DNA of 64,000 bases from Candidatus Bathyarchaeota archaeon A05DMB-4 (lineage in GTDB: Archaea; Thermoproteota; Bathyarchaeia; Bathyarchaeales; SOJC01), in assembly GCA_019685575.1 (NCBI GenBank), contig JABFQO010000004.1:66927-130926 (forward strand), given 5' to 3'. Within the stretch, counting starts at the first letter, position 1; each line of letters starts with the position of its first letter. The position numbers and the translations under genes are program-made. Positions 37,259 to 46,551 of the stretch are shown here, one piece after another. Under the pieces are notes generated by a model. It did no database searches, was not told the origin of the DNA, and was given only the letters and a program-made list of their open reading frames with translations.

Positions 37259-37791
37259 AACATTCAACGAAAAAATTGAAAATCGTCGCCGTGGGTGGAA
37301 CTTTCGACGAATTCCACAAGGGTCATCGAGAATTGCTGCTCAAAGCATTCGAGGTCGGCGAACACGTCCAAATAGGGGTCAGCACAGATGATCTGGTGCA
37401 GAAGATGAATAAACCTCACCTAGTTGCAACTTATGATGTTCGAGTTGAAGAGTTGAAGAGTTTTCTTCGCAAGAATGGCGTACTCGAACGCGCGGAGATT
37501 GTGCCGCTTTACAGTTCTTACGGTATTACATTAACCAGCGAGAAGCTGGAGGGAATCGTGGTTAGCCGTGAGACTGAAAATGTAGCTAAAGAAATAAACG
37601 AGAAAAGAAAGGCGAAGGGGCTTCGTCCCCTAAAAGTTTTTGTCATAGAGATGGTTCCTGCCGAAAACAGCACTCCGATTTCCACAACAAGAATTCGCCG
37701 TTTAGAAATAGACCGTGAAGGACACCTGTTGAAACATTCACGTTCCTGTTCGGGCATTAGAAGAACTACACAATGTCAATCAAAGCGATAG
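37255..37791 (+). CDS. coaD: Phosphopantetheine adenylyltransferase (archaeal PPAT, cytidylyltransferase fold)
   Basis: VGGTFDEFHKGH nucleotidyltransferase motif. ~160-aa core. Overlaps the pantoate kinase stop. Confidence 0.65.
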   Translation: MKHSTKKLKIVAVGGTFDEFHKGHRELLLKAFEVGEHVQIGVSTDDLVQKMNKPHLVATYDVRVEELKSFLRKNGVLERAEIVPLYSSYGITLTSEKLEGIVVSRETENVAKEINEKRKAKGLRPLKVFVIEMVPAENSTPISTTRIRRLEIDREGHLLKHSRSCSGIRRTTQCQSKR

Positions 37792-37880
37792 AAGAAAAAC
37801 TCGAATTGCTGCGAAGACTAAAACAAGCTCGAATGCAACTTGACGATTTTTGGAAAAAATAAAAATGGGTGTTTGAGTGG

Positions 37881-38102
37881 CTATTTGCCCATTACTTTTC
37901 TTGCGGCGATCTCGATGTCTTCGGCTTTGATGGTTTTTCGTCCAGCGTGCATGGCATACTCTAGGGCTTCTTTCGCCATCTTAACTCCAACTTCTTGCAG
38001 CGCTTTTGCAAGTTCTTTTGCCGCTGATTCGCTAACCCTATCAGCACCTGCAAGTTTACAGATGCGGTGCATCGGCGCAACAGCCAATTCAAGCTTAGCC
38101 AT
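37881..38102 (-). CDS. Archaeal histone (HMf family)
   Basis: 73 aa. Histone-fold signature LAKALQEVGVKMAKEALEYAMHAGRKTIKAEDIEIA. Confidence 0.9.
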   Translation of the reverse strand: MAKLELAVAPMHRICKLAGADRVSESAAKELAKALQEVGVKMAKEALEYAMHAGRKTIKAEDIEIAARKVMGK

Positions 38103-38373
38103 AACAAACCCTCATATTTGCTTCTTTTTGTATTTCAGTCACTATTTAACCTTATCGAAACATTTACTAACAAAAACACGCTCCATTCCCAACGCAAAAA
38201 ATGCATTAAACACCCGATTTCACAGCCAAAAACCACATATAAACAAGCAATAAAAGAGCCCAAAAACGTTTGAAGTGCATTTGGAACCTATTAGAAAGGT
38301 CTAGCCGACTGCTGACATTCACAAAACTCCACGTTTCTAATCTACAGCACATAAAAGAAGAAAAAGATGGTGA

Positions 38374-39414
38374 TTATTGAAAAAAGGTTTTAACCATCTC
38401 GTAAAGTGCGGCTGGTACTACTTTTCTTTCCGCCACGACTTCCTTTAGCTGCACCGGAACAATCTCCGTCCCTCGTAACACGGGTATCCAACCCCACTTC
38501 TGCTTTTTCACAAGCTCTACCGCTTCTAAGCCAAGCATCTTAGCTAAAAACCTATCATAGGCAGAAGGGGTGCCTCCGCGTTGGAGATGCCCAAGCACCA
38601 CCGAGCGTGTCTCAAGCCCTGTTTCCTTCTGAATGAGGTTCTCCAAGGTCTGTCCAATACCGCCGAGTTGAACATGCCCAAACTGGTCCTTCTCCAAACT
38701 CTTGGCAATCAAACTCGTGTCCTCAGTAGGTTTTGCGCCCTCAGCAACCACAACTATGCTGTAGTCTTTGCCCTCTGCTTTACGCTTCTTCAACAACGCA
38801 TACACATCTTTAAGATTAAACTGCACCTCAGGAATCAAAATGAGATGCGCACCAGCAGCCAAACCCGCATACAACGCAATCCAACCAGTATAGCGCCCCA
38901 TAACCTCAACAACCATCACCCGTTGATGCGCCCGCGCAGTAGTGTGTAAACGGTCAATTGCTTCTGTTGCGATTGAGACGGCGGTATGAAAACCTATGCT
39001 GTAGTCGGTCACAGATAGGTCATTATCAATAGTTTTGGGCACACCTACGACTCGTGCACCCGCATCACAAAGTTTCTGCGCCACACCTAAAGTGTCGTCG
39101 CCGCCAATAGCAATTAAAGCATCAAGCCCAAGTTTCTTCATGTTTTCCTTGCATTTTTGTATGCCGTCGGGCATTTTTGCGGGGTTGGTTCGCGAAGTGT
39201 AAAGGATTATGCCGCCTTCTGAGGCGATGTTCTCGACTTTATTGACGTTTATGGGCACAGTGTCGAGTTCAAGCATCCCTGCCCATCCACGTTTAATGCC
39301 CACTACTTCAAACCCGTACTCTCGGGCTTTGTAAACTATCGCCTTAACCGCAGCGTTCAGCCCCGGCGCGTCGCCCCCTCCGATTAGAACGCCTATTTTT
39401 TTCATGTCAGTCAC
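38374..39414 (-). CDS. pfk: 6-phosphofructokinase (PfkA family, ATP- or PPi-dependent)
   Basis: GVLIGGGDAPGLNA, IGGDDTLG and PKTIDNDL motifs. Confidence 0.85.
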   Translation of the reverse strand: MTDMKKIGVLIGGGDAPGLNAAVKAIVYKAREYGFEVVGIKRGWAGMLELDTVPINVNKVENIASEGGIILYTSRTNPAKMPDGIQKCKENMKKLGLDALIAIGGDDTLGVAQKLCDAGARVVGVPKTIDNDLSVTDYSIGFHTAVSIATEAIDRLHTTARAHQRVMVVEVMGRYTGWIALYAGLAAGAHLILIPEVQFNLKDVYALLKKRKAEGKDYSIVVVAEGAKPTEDTSLIAKSLEKDQFGHVQLGGIGQTLENLIQKETGLETRSVVLGHLQRGGTPSAYDRFLAKMLGLEAVELVKKQKWGWIPVLRGTEIVPVQLKEVVAERKVVPAALYEMVKTFFQ

Positions 39415-39418
39415 TATC

Positions 39419-40276
39419 CTATGCCTTGTTGTTGCAGCCGAAGAGACGGATTTTTTCGCGCACGGCTTCTTTCATCTCTGCCTTGGCTTTGCCGAGAATT
39501 TTCCGAGGATCAATCTCGTTCGGATTTTCCTTAAGCACAGTGCTTATGCCGCGGACAAAGGCTTTGCGAAGTTCGGTGTCGATATTAATTTTGCAGATAC
39601 CAGCCTTGATGGCTTTTTTCACGCTTTCGTCAGGAATACCAGAAGCGCCGTGTAAAACAAGCGGAATGTCGGTGAGCTTACGGATTTTTTCAATTCTCGC
39701 GATGTCGATTTGGGCTTCCTGCGTTTTCATGCCGTGAACGTTCCCTACCGCAATCGCGAGCGCGTCGACGCCGGTTTTTTTGACGAATTCTTCGGCTTCA
39801 GCGGGGTTGGCCATCATTTTTTCGAGTTGTTCACGAGTGACGTTCTCGCCTGATTTTGGGATTTGTCCAAGTTCGCCCTCCACTGATACGCCGACGATGT
39901 GGGCGACGTCGCATACACGTTTCGTAATGGCTATGTTTTCCTGTAAAGGAAGTTTGGAGCCGTCGAACATGACGCTGGAGAAACCCGCACGAATACATTC
40001 AATATTTTGCTCAAAACTCGTGCCGTGGTCCAAATGCAACGCTACCGGCACTGTGGCTTTTTCAGCTGCTACGCGTACCATGGCTGCAATGTAGTCCACT
40101 CCCGCGTATTGTATCGCGCCTTGACTTGCTTGCAGAATCACGGGTGCTCGTTCTTCTTCGGCGGTTTCGATGATTGCTTGGACGATTTCCATGTTATTTG
40201 CGTTGAATGCGCCGATTGCGTAGCCTTCTTTTTTGGCTTGTTGGAGCAATTGGGCGTTTGTAACAAATAGTTTCAT
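39419..40276 (-). CDS. fba: Class II fructose-bisphosphate aldolase
   Basis: YAIGAFN, LHLDHG and GELG...LHGASG motifs of class II aldolases. Confidence 0.85.
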   Translation of the reverse strand: MKLFVTNAQLLQQAKKEGYAIGAFNANNMEIVQAIIETAEEERAPVILQASQGAIQYAGVDYIAAMVRVAAEKATVPVALHLDHGTSFEQNIECIRAGFSSVMFDGSKLPLQENIAITKRVCDVAHIVGVSVEGELGQIPKSGENVTREQLEKMMANPAEAEEFVKKTGVDALAIAVGNVHGMKTQEAQIDIARIEKIRKLTDIPLVLHGASGIPDESVKKAIKAGICKINIDTELRKAFVRGISTVLKENPNEIDPRKILGKAKAEMKEAVREKIRLFGCNNKA

Positions 40277-40374
40277 GTTTCTGTCACACCGTGTGGATTT
40301 TCAGTGATGAGAAGATATAAGTGTTCTCGTGTGTTGAATGTTGGTTATGGTCTGTGTGGACGGTGGATGTCGGC

Positions 40375-40635
40375 GTGACGTATTTTGTGTATGTTTTGCT
40401 TTGTGAGGACGGCAGTTTTTACACAGGGTACGCTGGTAATTTGAAGGCAAGAATTAAGCAACATATAGCCGGCAACGGTGCCCGCTACACACGGTTACAT
40501 AGACCAAAGAAACTGGTTTATGTAGAGGAATTTGCCACTCGAAGCGAGGCCATTAAGCGAGAAAGAATGATCAAACGGCTGAATCATCGCGAAAAGCAGA
40601 AGTTAGTGAACGCCAACCGCTGGCAACCATGCTAA
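40375..40635 (+). CDS. GIY-YIG nuclease family protein
   Basis: YFVYVLLCEDGSFYTGYAGNLKARIKQH...ARYT GIY-YIG core. Start set to the in-frame GTG at 40375. Confidence 0.65.
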   Translation: MTYFVYVLLCEDGSFYTGYAGNLKARIKQHIAGNGARYTRLHRPKKLVYVEEFATRSEAIKRERMIKRLNHREKQKLVNANRWQPC

Positions 40636-40703
40636 TTCTGCGTGTGTTTTATGTAGGTGTTCCTACAACATTGAGTCAAACTCACATGCGTGGGACTTGA
40701 GAC

Positions 40704-41771
40704 ATGAGTGCGAACGAATTACGCAGGGATTATTTGATCGATCGTTGGGTTGTAATCGCCACTCAGCGAAAGCGAAGACCGACGGATTTTGTGAAGAAAC
40801 AGGAACCTGCAAAATCTGGTTCGTGCCCGTTTTGCCCAGGTAACGAAGATAAGACACCGCCAGCGTTTTTAGTGTATCTCCCTTCTGGAAAAGGCAAAAT
40901 AAAGAAAGCAAAGGACAGCGACGGCGTTCGGCATAAAGGTTGGTTGGTCAGGGGTTTCAATAACCTGTTTCCCGCGTTTGCGGCGCCTTTGAAGGAAGGA
41001 AAGAAGGCTAAATCGTCTGAGTTTTTGGCTGAAGCGGTTGGTGCGCATGAAGTTGTGGTTGAATCGCCTAGGCACGATGAGCATCCAGGAGTGGCTTCGC
41101 TTTCCCAGTTGGAACTGGTGGTAGAAGCGTACTTGGAGCGTTTGAAGGTGCTTTCTGCCGCGTCCTACGTGAAGTATGTTTCTATCTTTAGGAATCACGG
41201 CTTTGAGGCTGGCGCTTCTTTGTCGCATGCACACAGTCAAATCATAGCCACGCCGTTTGTGCCACGTTTGGTGCGGGAGGAGATGAACGCAAGCCGAACA
41301 TATTGGAAACAGCATAGAAAATGTGCGTTATGCGATATTCTGGAGCGGGAAAGGAAAAGCCAGAGGTTCGTTTGGGAGAACGATAGTTTTTGTGTGTTTG
41401 CGCCTTGGGCAAGTGTGAACCCTTTGGAGTTTTGGATTCTGCCGAGGAAGCATCAAACATCGCCTTTGGAAATGAGGCGCGAGCAGAAAAAGGATTTCGC
41501 CGTGGCTCTGCGGGTTTGTTTGGGTGGGCTTCGGGCATTGTTGGATGATCCGCCGTATAATTATGGCTTGCATATTGCGCCTGATGGCGCGAATGGTTTT
41601 AGCGAGTTTTATCATTGGCATGTTGAGGTTTATCCGAAGTTGGCGGTTTGGGCGGGGTTTGAGAAGAGTACAGGTGTGTACATTAACACTGTTACGCCTG
41701 AGGATGCCGCGGCTAGTTTGAAAGAGGCGGCAGAGAAAGAGGAAAAGTTGTTGTTGGAAAAATCAAAATGA
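40704..41771 (+). CDS. galT: Galactose-1-phosphate uridylyltransferase family (GalT, HIT superfamily)
   Basis: CPFCPGNE zinc motif and HAHSQI (HxHxQ) active site. Confidence 0.7.
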   Translation: MSANELRRDYLIDRWVVIATQRKRRPTDFVKKQEPAKSGSCPFCPGNEDKTPPAFLVYLPSGKGKIKKAKDSDGVRHKGWLVRGFNNLFPAFAAPLKEGKKAKSSEFLAEAVGAHEVVVESPRHDEHPGVASLSQLELVVEAYLERLKVLSAASYVKYVSIFRNHGFEAGASLSHAHSQIIATPFVPRLVREEMNASRTYWKQHRKCALCDILERERKSQRFVWENDSFCVFAPWASVNPLEFWILPRKHQTSPLEMRREQKKDFAVALRVCLGGLRALLDDPPYNYGLHIAPDGANGFSEFYHWHVEVYPKLAVWAGFEKSTGVYINTVTPEDAAASLKEAAEKEEKLLLEKSK

Positions 41772-42107
41772 CATCTTAAATTTTGTTTTGACGGTAAAGT
41801 GGAGAGTCACGAGCGAAAAGCATGAACTGCATATAAACCTAAGACAAAAATGGATATTAAGAGGCTTTATCAATCTTGTGGGTTAAATGCCGTTGAGGAA
41901 ATTTAAAACAAAGGATGGGTTACTGTTCAGTTTGTGTGATGAACTATTTCTAGAGAAGTAAATGCCTCATAGTGTGAACGGTTTTTCTGCGGATGAGTAT
42001 CTTTTGCGTATAAGCCCTCTTCACTATGCGATCCAAATATGCTGTAAAATATGCAGAGTAAATGTTTTTTTCTCGGAGGGTCAAGTGTTATAGAAAAAGA
42101 GGGTGGA

Positions 42108-43496
42108 TTATGGGTCTTTTAGCCAGTTGCTTAGGATTAGGTTTACGTCTTTAATGTTGATTAGGTTGTCGCCGTTTATGTCTACGTTTGAGGGTGCGGG
42201 TGGGACTCTTTGTTGCCACCAGATGAGCATTAGGTTAACGTCTTTAATGTTGACGAAAAAGTCGCCAGTAATATCACCAGGAATCGTAACCTTGACTTCG
42301 CTGTACGTAAGAGTGTTGTCGTCCAAGTCGGTTTCTTCTTGGAGTGGGCCAGCAACGGCAATCAAATCATAGCTTCCTTTTTCAAAGCCGCTGGTATCCC
42401 AAGTGAAGGTGAGGGTTAGAGACTTTCCGCTTGCTATTAACACTGGGTGTTTACCGATTTGTGTTGTTAAGATCGTAGGGGGTGTTACTATCAACGTCCC
42501 AAACATTGTATTTCTGTCGTATTCGCAGTAGTATGTAAAGGTTCCAAGCAGATCTGCTGTAAACTTGTAATTGATTGTAGGCATATAATAGGGTGGACCG
42601 CAAAAGTCTGGAGATTTAGGTTCGCCAGGGTTAGGATACGTATCACCATTATAATCGACGAAAAAATTATGCTTTACAAGGTCGGCACTTGTCAAAGTTA
42701 GGTTGACGGTGTCTCCCTTTTTGACTGATATTGTAGGTCCCGGTATTGTCATGCTTTCTCTGGAGAAGCCCCATCCACTAGTGGTAGATCCAAAAAGATC
42801 AATGTTAACAATATTGGCTAAAGGCCACGATACATTTAGCGCGACATCAAATGATACAGCGTAACTTCCTTGATTCTCTGCGGTCACTTGGATATGTGTG
42901 GTGTAACCTTCACCTACTATTGTTTTGGTAGGACAAATCTCTACAATCGCCACGTCTTTGATTCCGACTTGGATATGGACCATCCCATCGTGTGAAGTGT
43001 GAGGGATATGATTACTTGGCATTTGAGAATCTAGTAAATCAGTTTCGGAAAGATGTAATATAGCATCTCCACCGCTTATCGCCTTGAATGTTATGGTAGC
43101 CAATGTTCCTTCTCCATTTGCACCTGCGCCTTGTCCTATCAAGGCACAGGCTGCCCATATTCTTCCATGAGTAGCATTATAGTGGTCTGTAAAATCGACA
43201 AGGACTAGCCCTGAAGTGGACCCTGCCTGTTTAAGAAACCAGCCTTCTTCGATATTTGTTGCGTTTAGTAACGCACTGGGGTAGAAAAGCTTGAAATCCC
43301 AAGCTGCCAAGTCGATCACTTGTGAGATCGAAACGTTAATTTGGAAAGTTTGCGGCGTGTAGGCTAATGTGGTGTTTTCTGGCGTTATGGATATCGCCGT
43401 TGTGTCGGCAAATCCCGGCGATACAGTAATATGAATAAACACTATTACGAGTATTATAGCAAATCCGCATATTCTCTGCCTATTTGTTTTCAGCAT
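42108..43496 (-). CDS. Secreted cell-surface protein: signal peptide + cohesin-like + cupredoxin-like + two dockerin-like repeats
   Basis: Start reassigned to ATG at 43496 with GGAGGT SD 8 nt upstream. Signal-peptide-like MLKTNRQRICGFAIILVIVFIHITVSPGFA. C-terminal DINGDNLINIKDVNLILS and FVNIKDVNLM dockerin-like repeats. Confidence 0.6.
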   Translation of the reverse strand: MLKTNRQRICGFAIILVIVFIHITVSPGFADTTAISITPENTTLAYTPQTFQINVSISQVIDLAAWDFKLFYPSALLNATNIEEGWFLKQAGSTSGLVLVDFTDHYNATHGRIWAACALIGQGAGANGEGTLATITFKAISGGDAILHLSETDLLDSQMPSNHIPHTSHDGMVHIQVGIKDVAIVEICPTKTIVGEGYTTHIQVTAENQGSYAVSFDVALNVSWPLANIVNIDLFGSTTSGWGFSRESMTIPGPTISVKKGDTVNLTLTSADLVKHNFFVDYNGDTYPNPGEPKSPDFCGPPYYMPTINYKFTADLLGTFTYYCEYDRNTMFGTLIVTPPTILTTQIGKHPVLIASGKSLTLTFTWDTSGFEKGSYDLIAVAGPLQEETDLDDNTLTYSEVKVTIPGDITGDFFVNIKDVNLMLIWWQQRVPPAPSNVDINGDNLINIKDVNLILSNWLKDP

Positions 43497-43551
43497 TTTG
43501 TCAACCTCCTGAAAAAGAGAAAAAGGGGATTTGTTAAGGCGTAGGCCCGCA

Positions 43552-46551
43552 TTATGGATCTGCCCCATAGAAGGTGGCGACTATTGAAAAGTCATAGATA
43601 TCCACGATTAAATCTTCGTTTATGTCTGGAACTGAATTATATGCAGGTTTGTACCAGTAGGTTACTATGCGGAGATCAGTTAGTCCAACATAACCGTCGT
43701 AGTCTAGGTCTCCTGGTTTGGGTTCGTAGGTGTATGCGCCGTCTTCCGTGTCATGCGGAACCTGTACTTTCGTCTTCGTGATAAGCAGGGTATCATGTAA
43801 GTCTAGAGCGCATGACAGTATGTTTGGATTGTTCAATCTCCATAACGTAGCCTTCGTAACTTTGAATGTTATAGTGGCTAAGACTCCACTTCCGCTTGCT
43901 GGCGGTGCTCCGCTTGTTGACCATGCCCATAAATAGATTTCGCCGTTTCCATCATCTATAACGAGCTTATAGATGTATATTGGCGAGTTTAAGAATGGCC
44001 CTACTTGGAGGTCGGTTGCGTCCAAAAGTATCGTGTCGTAGCTTAGTTTGAATGTGAAGTTATAAAGGTCGACTACATCAGAGATTGTTATGTTGATTTT
44101 GAATATATGGTTCAAAGAGTGTGCTGTGTAGGGTGTAGGTTGGGCTTTGATTGTTGGTTTGGTTGCATATATAGTATAACTACCGTCGTGTACCATGTGG
44201 TAAATGGGCTGCCCCAAAGGGGCGCTTAGTTTTGTGTCGGCAAGGTCAAGTTTGCACATCTTGCTTTCTGGGTATATCGGATCATATGTTATTTTGAATG
44301 TTAACTTAGCTATGGTTGTGTCGCCGCTGAACGGGGCCGTGTCGTAAGCTCCAACCGCAAGCCAATATCTACCAAGGTCTTCGCTTGTTTCGTTCTTGGC
44401 ACAGAGGTAACTACTCCATGGAGACAAGAATTGATAGCCTGTCAGGTCAAGCAATGTTGTGTTCCAGTATAGTGTGAAGTCAAAGCCGAACAAGTCTGTA
44501 ACATCGTCCAATTTGATGTTTATTGTAAAGGTCTTGCCATAGGAAACTGTCCAGTATTCAACATTTGCAGGGTCAACGTAGAGGAGAGTTTCGACTTCTG
44601 TAGCTGGTGGATAAGGCTCAATTAACCAGGGCTCGAATGCTACATGGTCACTCACATTATCTCCTATACCGCTTGGATTTGATGTATGTGTTGGACCTGT
44701 TGCGTGCCCCCACCAGTTATAGCGCGCATCAAATATGCCTGCCGCCTCAAGATTTCTGAGACCATATGGACCGTACCCATCAGAGATAAAGGTGTTAACA
44801 TCATTATCATGGATATTGTTGTAGTATGCATGGCCGGCATTGGATTTGCCAACTACAATGCCTTCTGTGTTGCCAAATACGTCGTTCTCTTCCACAACAT
44901 GCAGAGTGGTTTCGTCTGGCAGTCCATAACCAAAACCATAGAGATATATGCCGCGGAAATTGTCGTGCACTGTGTTGTTTCTGATTATCCAGCCTTTATC
45001 TGCAATTGCCCTTATTGCAGAAGCAGTATTCTTCAATCTTGAGCCAGTTCCAGTTGTGTGACCATATATCTCGTTGTTTGTAACCGTGACTCCTGTGGTA
45101 TGACCGTTGGAAATTATACCAAAGCCACAATCATAGTTAGTGCTTGGTCCATAGTGATCAAAGGGGCCGCCATTCTCGTAGATTATGTTGTTTGATATTG
45201 TTGTATTGATGTTGAACCAGACATCGTCCGGGGCTGGTGGGTTCCATACGTTTAGTTGAATACCCCACAACTCGTTGTTGTGAATCTTATTATGGTCGAT
45301 GAGTATGTTTCGTGGCATAGTACTACCTGCAGAATTTCCGTAAATTACGATGCCTTTTCCACCAGAATAGGAGTAGTAGTTAGTGATTATATTGGACCAA
45401 ATTTCGTTGTACGTTATCTCAATGTCATAAGCATAGGCAACCATTATTCCATCGCTACAATTCGTGATTTTATTGTGCGAGATCTTGACGTTGTGTATAC
45501 CTGTGACTTCGCTGTCTCCATTGTGTCCAATCCATATGCCTTTGTTTTGCTTGGTTGTAGGCGTTGTGTACTTAATGTACAGTCTGTATGGCGCATCGAA
45601 TTCTATTTCTTCCGAAGCGCCGGTTGGTACGATATGTGCGATGTCTCTGTTTGAACGAAGAACCAGTTTTGTCCATCCAGTTTTGCTTATCCAACTTCGA
45701 CCGTCAGCATTTAAAGGTATTATTATCTCTTGTTGGTCCCAAGGCACTTCAGGGTCATAGTTATCTGTATTCCATGAACCGCCATTGCCAGAGTAATATG
45801 ATGGGTTCCAATCACCTGTTTCTAATATTGGTCTATGTGGATGTACGCCAGCGGGATCATGCTGTACTACAACGTCAAAAGCTGGATCTGGTTTTTGCCC
45901 TAGATAGCCACTGGTATGTAAGCCTATTTTTGCTTCGATTATTACAGCGTCATCTGGTATTGCAGAAGTATCGAAGAACAGAACGCCACGGTCATAATAG
46001 TATACCCCTCCTTCATAGGCCTGTCCAACCCACATATAATCATATCCAGCGTAGATAACGGCTTCGTCATAGTTCCAAAGACCTGCCTCCATATAGCCAC
46101 TGTTGACATAGTCTGCTCCGAATGAAGAAGTTAGATTAACCAAGTCCACGGCGTCCTGTATGTGAAATCCTTGAATGACAACATCATTGGCTGAAACAAC
46201 AAAGCATGAAGCCCTTCCACTCCATGCCCCTGATCGTGGAGCCTTGATTAGGACATTACTTGGGGTTGCCACGTGTCCAGTCAAATTGACAGATTTGTTT
46301 ACTCTAATTGGTGAATCTACTTCTAGTGCATAGGTGCCATCCTGCACGCGTATTGTGTCGCCGGGGGTTGCAGCGTCTATACCATCTTGGATGGTTGTGT
46401 AGTGTTTGTTGCCGATTGTGGATGATATGTCCCAATTGCATACAACTATGTCGCCTTGTCCGCGGTTTACTCCACGCTGTTCCATACCATAGAAAAGCAT
46501 GAGCGTATTCGAGTCTTTCAGGTAAGCCCGTGACATCATATCCCAAGACAT
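43552..46551 (-). CDS. Large surface protein with right-handed parallel beta-helix (pectate-lyase-like) repeats and C-terminal dockerin-like segment; possibly the 3' part of a frameshifted gene
   Basis: Repeated NN.I..N motifs (NNIIYENGG, IDHNKIHNNELWGIQ, NNTVHDN). C-terminal DYDGYVGLTDLRIV...DINEDLIVDIYDF. No signal peptide at its own N-terminus. Confidence 0.55.
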   Translation of the reverse strand: MSWDMMSRAYLKDSNTLMLFYGMEQRGVNRGQGDIVVCNWDISSTIGNKHYTTIQDGIDAATPGDTIRVQDGTYALEVDSPIRVNKSVNLTGHVATPSNVLIKAPRSGAWSGRASCFVVSANDVVIQGFHIQDAVDLVNLTSSFGADYVNSGYMEAGLWNYDEAVIYAGYDYMWVGQAYEGGVYYYDRGVLFFDTSAIPDDAVIIEAKIGLHTSGYLGQKPDPAFDVVVQHDPAGVHPHRPILETGDWNPSYYSGNGGSWNTDNYDPEVPWDQQEIIIPLNADGRSWISKTGWTKLVLRSNRDIAHIVPTGASEEIEFDAPYRLYIKYTTPTTKQNKGIWIGHNGDSEVTGIHNVKISHNKITNCSDGIMVAYAYDIEITYNEIWSNIITNYYSYSGGKGIVIYGNSAGSTMPRNILIDHNKIHNNELWGIQLNVWNPPAPDDVWFNINTTISNNIIYENGGPFDHYGPSTNYDCGFGIISNGHTTGVTVTNNEIYGHTTGTGSRLKNTASAIRAIADKGWIIRNNTVHDNFRGIYLYGFGYGLPDETTLHVVEENDVFGNTEGIVVGKSNAGHAYYNNIHDNDVNTFISDGYGPYGLRNLEAAGIFDARYNWWGHATGPTHTSNPSGIGDNVSDHVAFEPWLIEPYPPATEVETLLYVDPANVEYWTVSYGKTFTINIKLDDVTDLFGFDFTLYWNTTLLDLTGYQFLSPWSSYLCAKNETSEDLGRYWLAVGAYDTAPFSGDTTIAKLTFKITYDPIYPESKMCKLDLADTKLSAPLGQPIYHMVHDGSYTIYATKPTIKAQPTPYTAHSLNHIFKINITISDVVDLYNFTFKLSYDTILLDATDLQVGPFLNSPIYIYKLVIDDGNGEIYLWAWSTSGAPPASGSGVLATITFKVTKATLWRLNNPNILSCALDLHDTLLITKTKVQVPHDTEDGAYTYEPKPGDLDYDGYVGLTDLRIVTYWYKPAYNSVPDINEDLIVDIYDFSIVATFYGADP

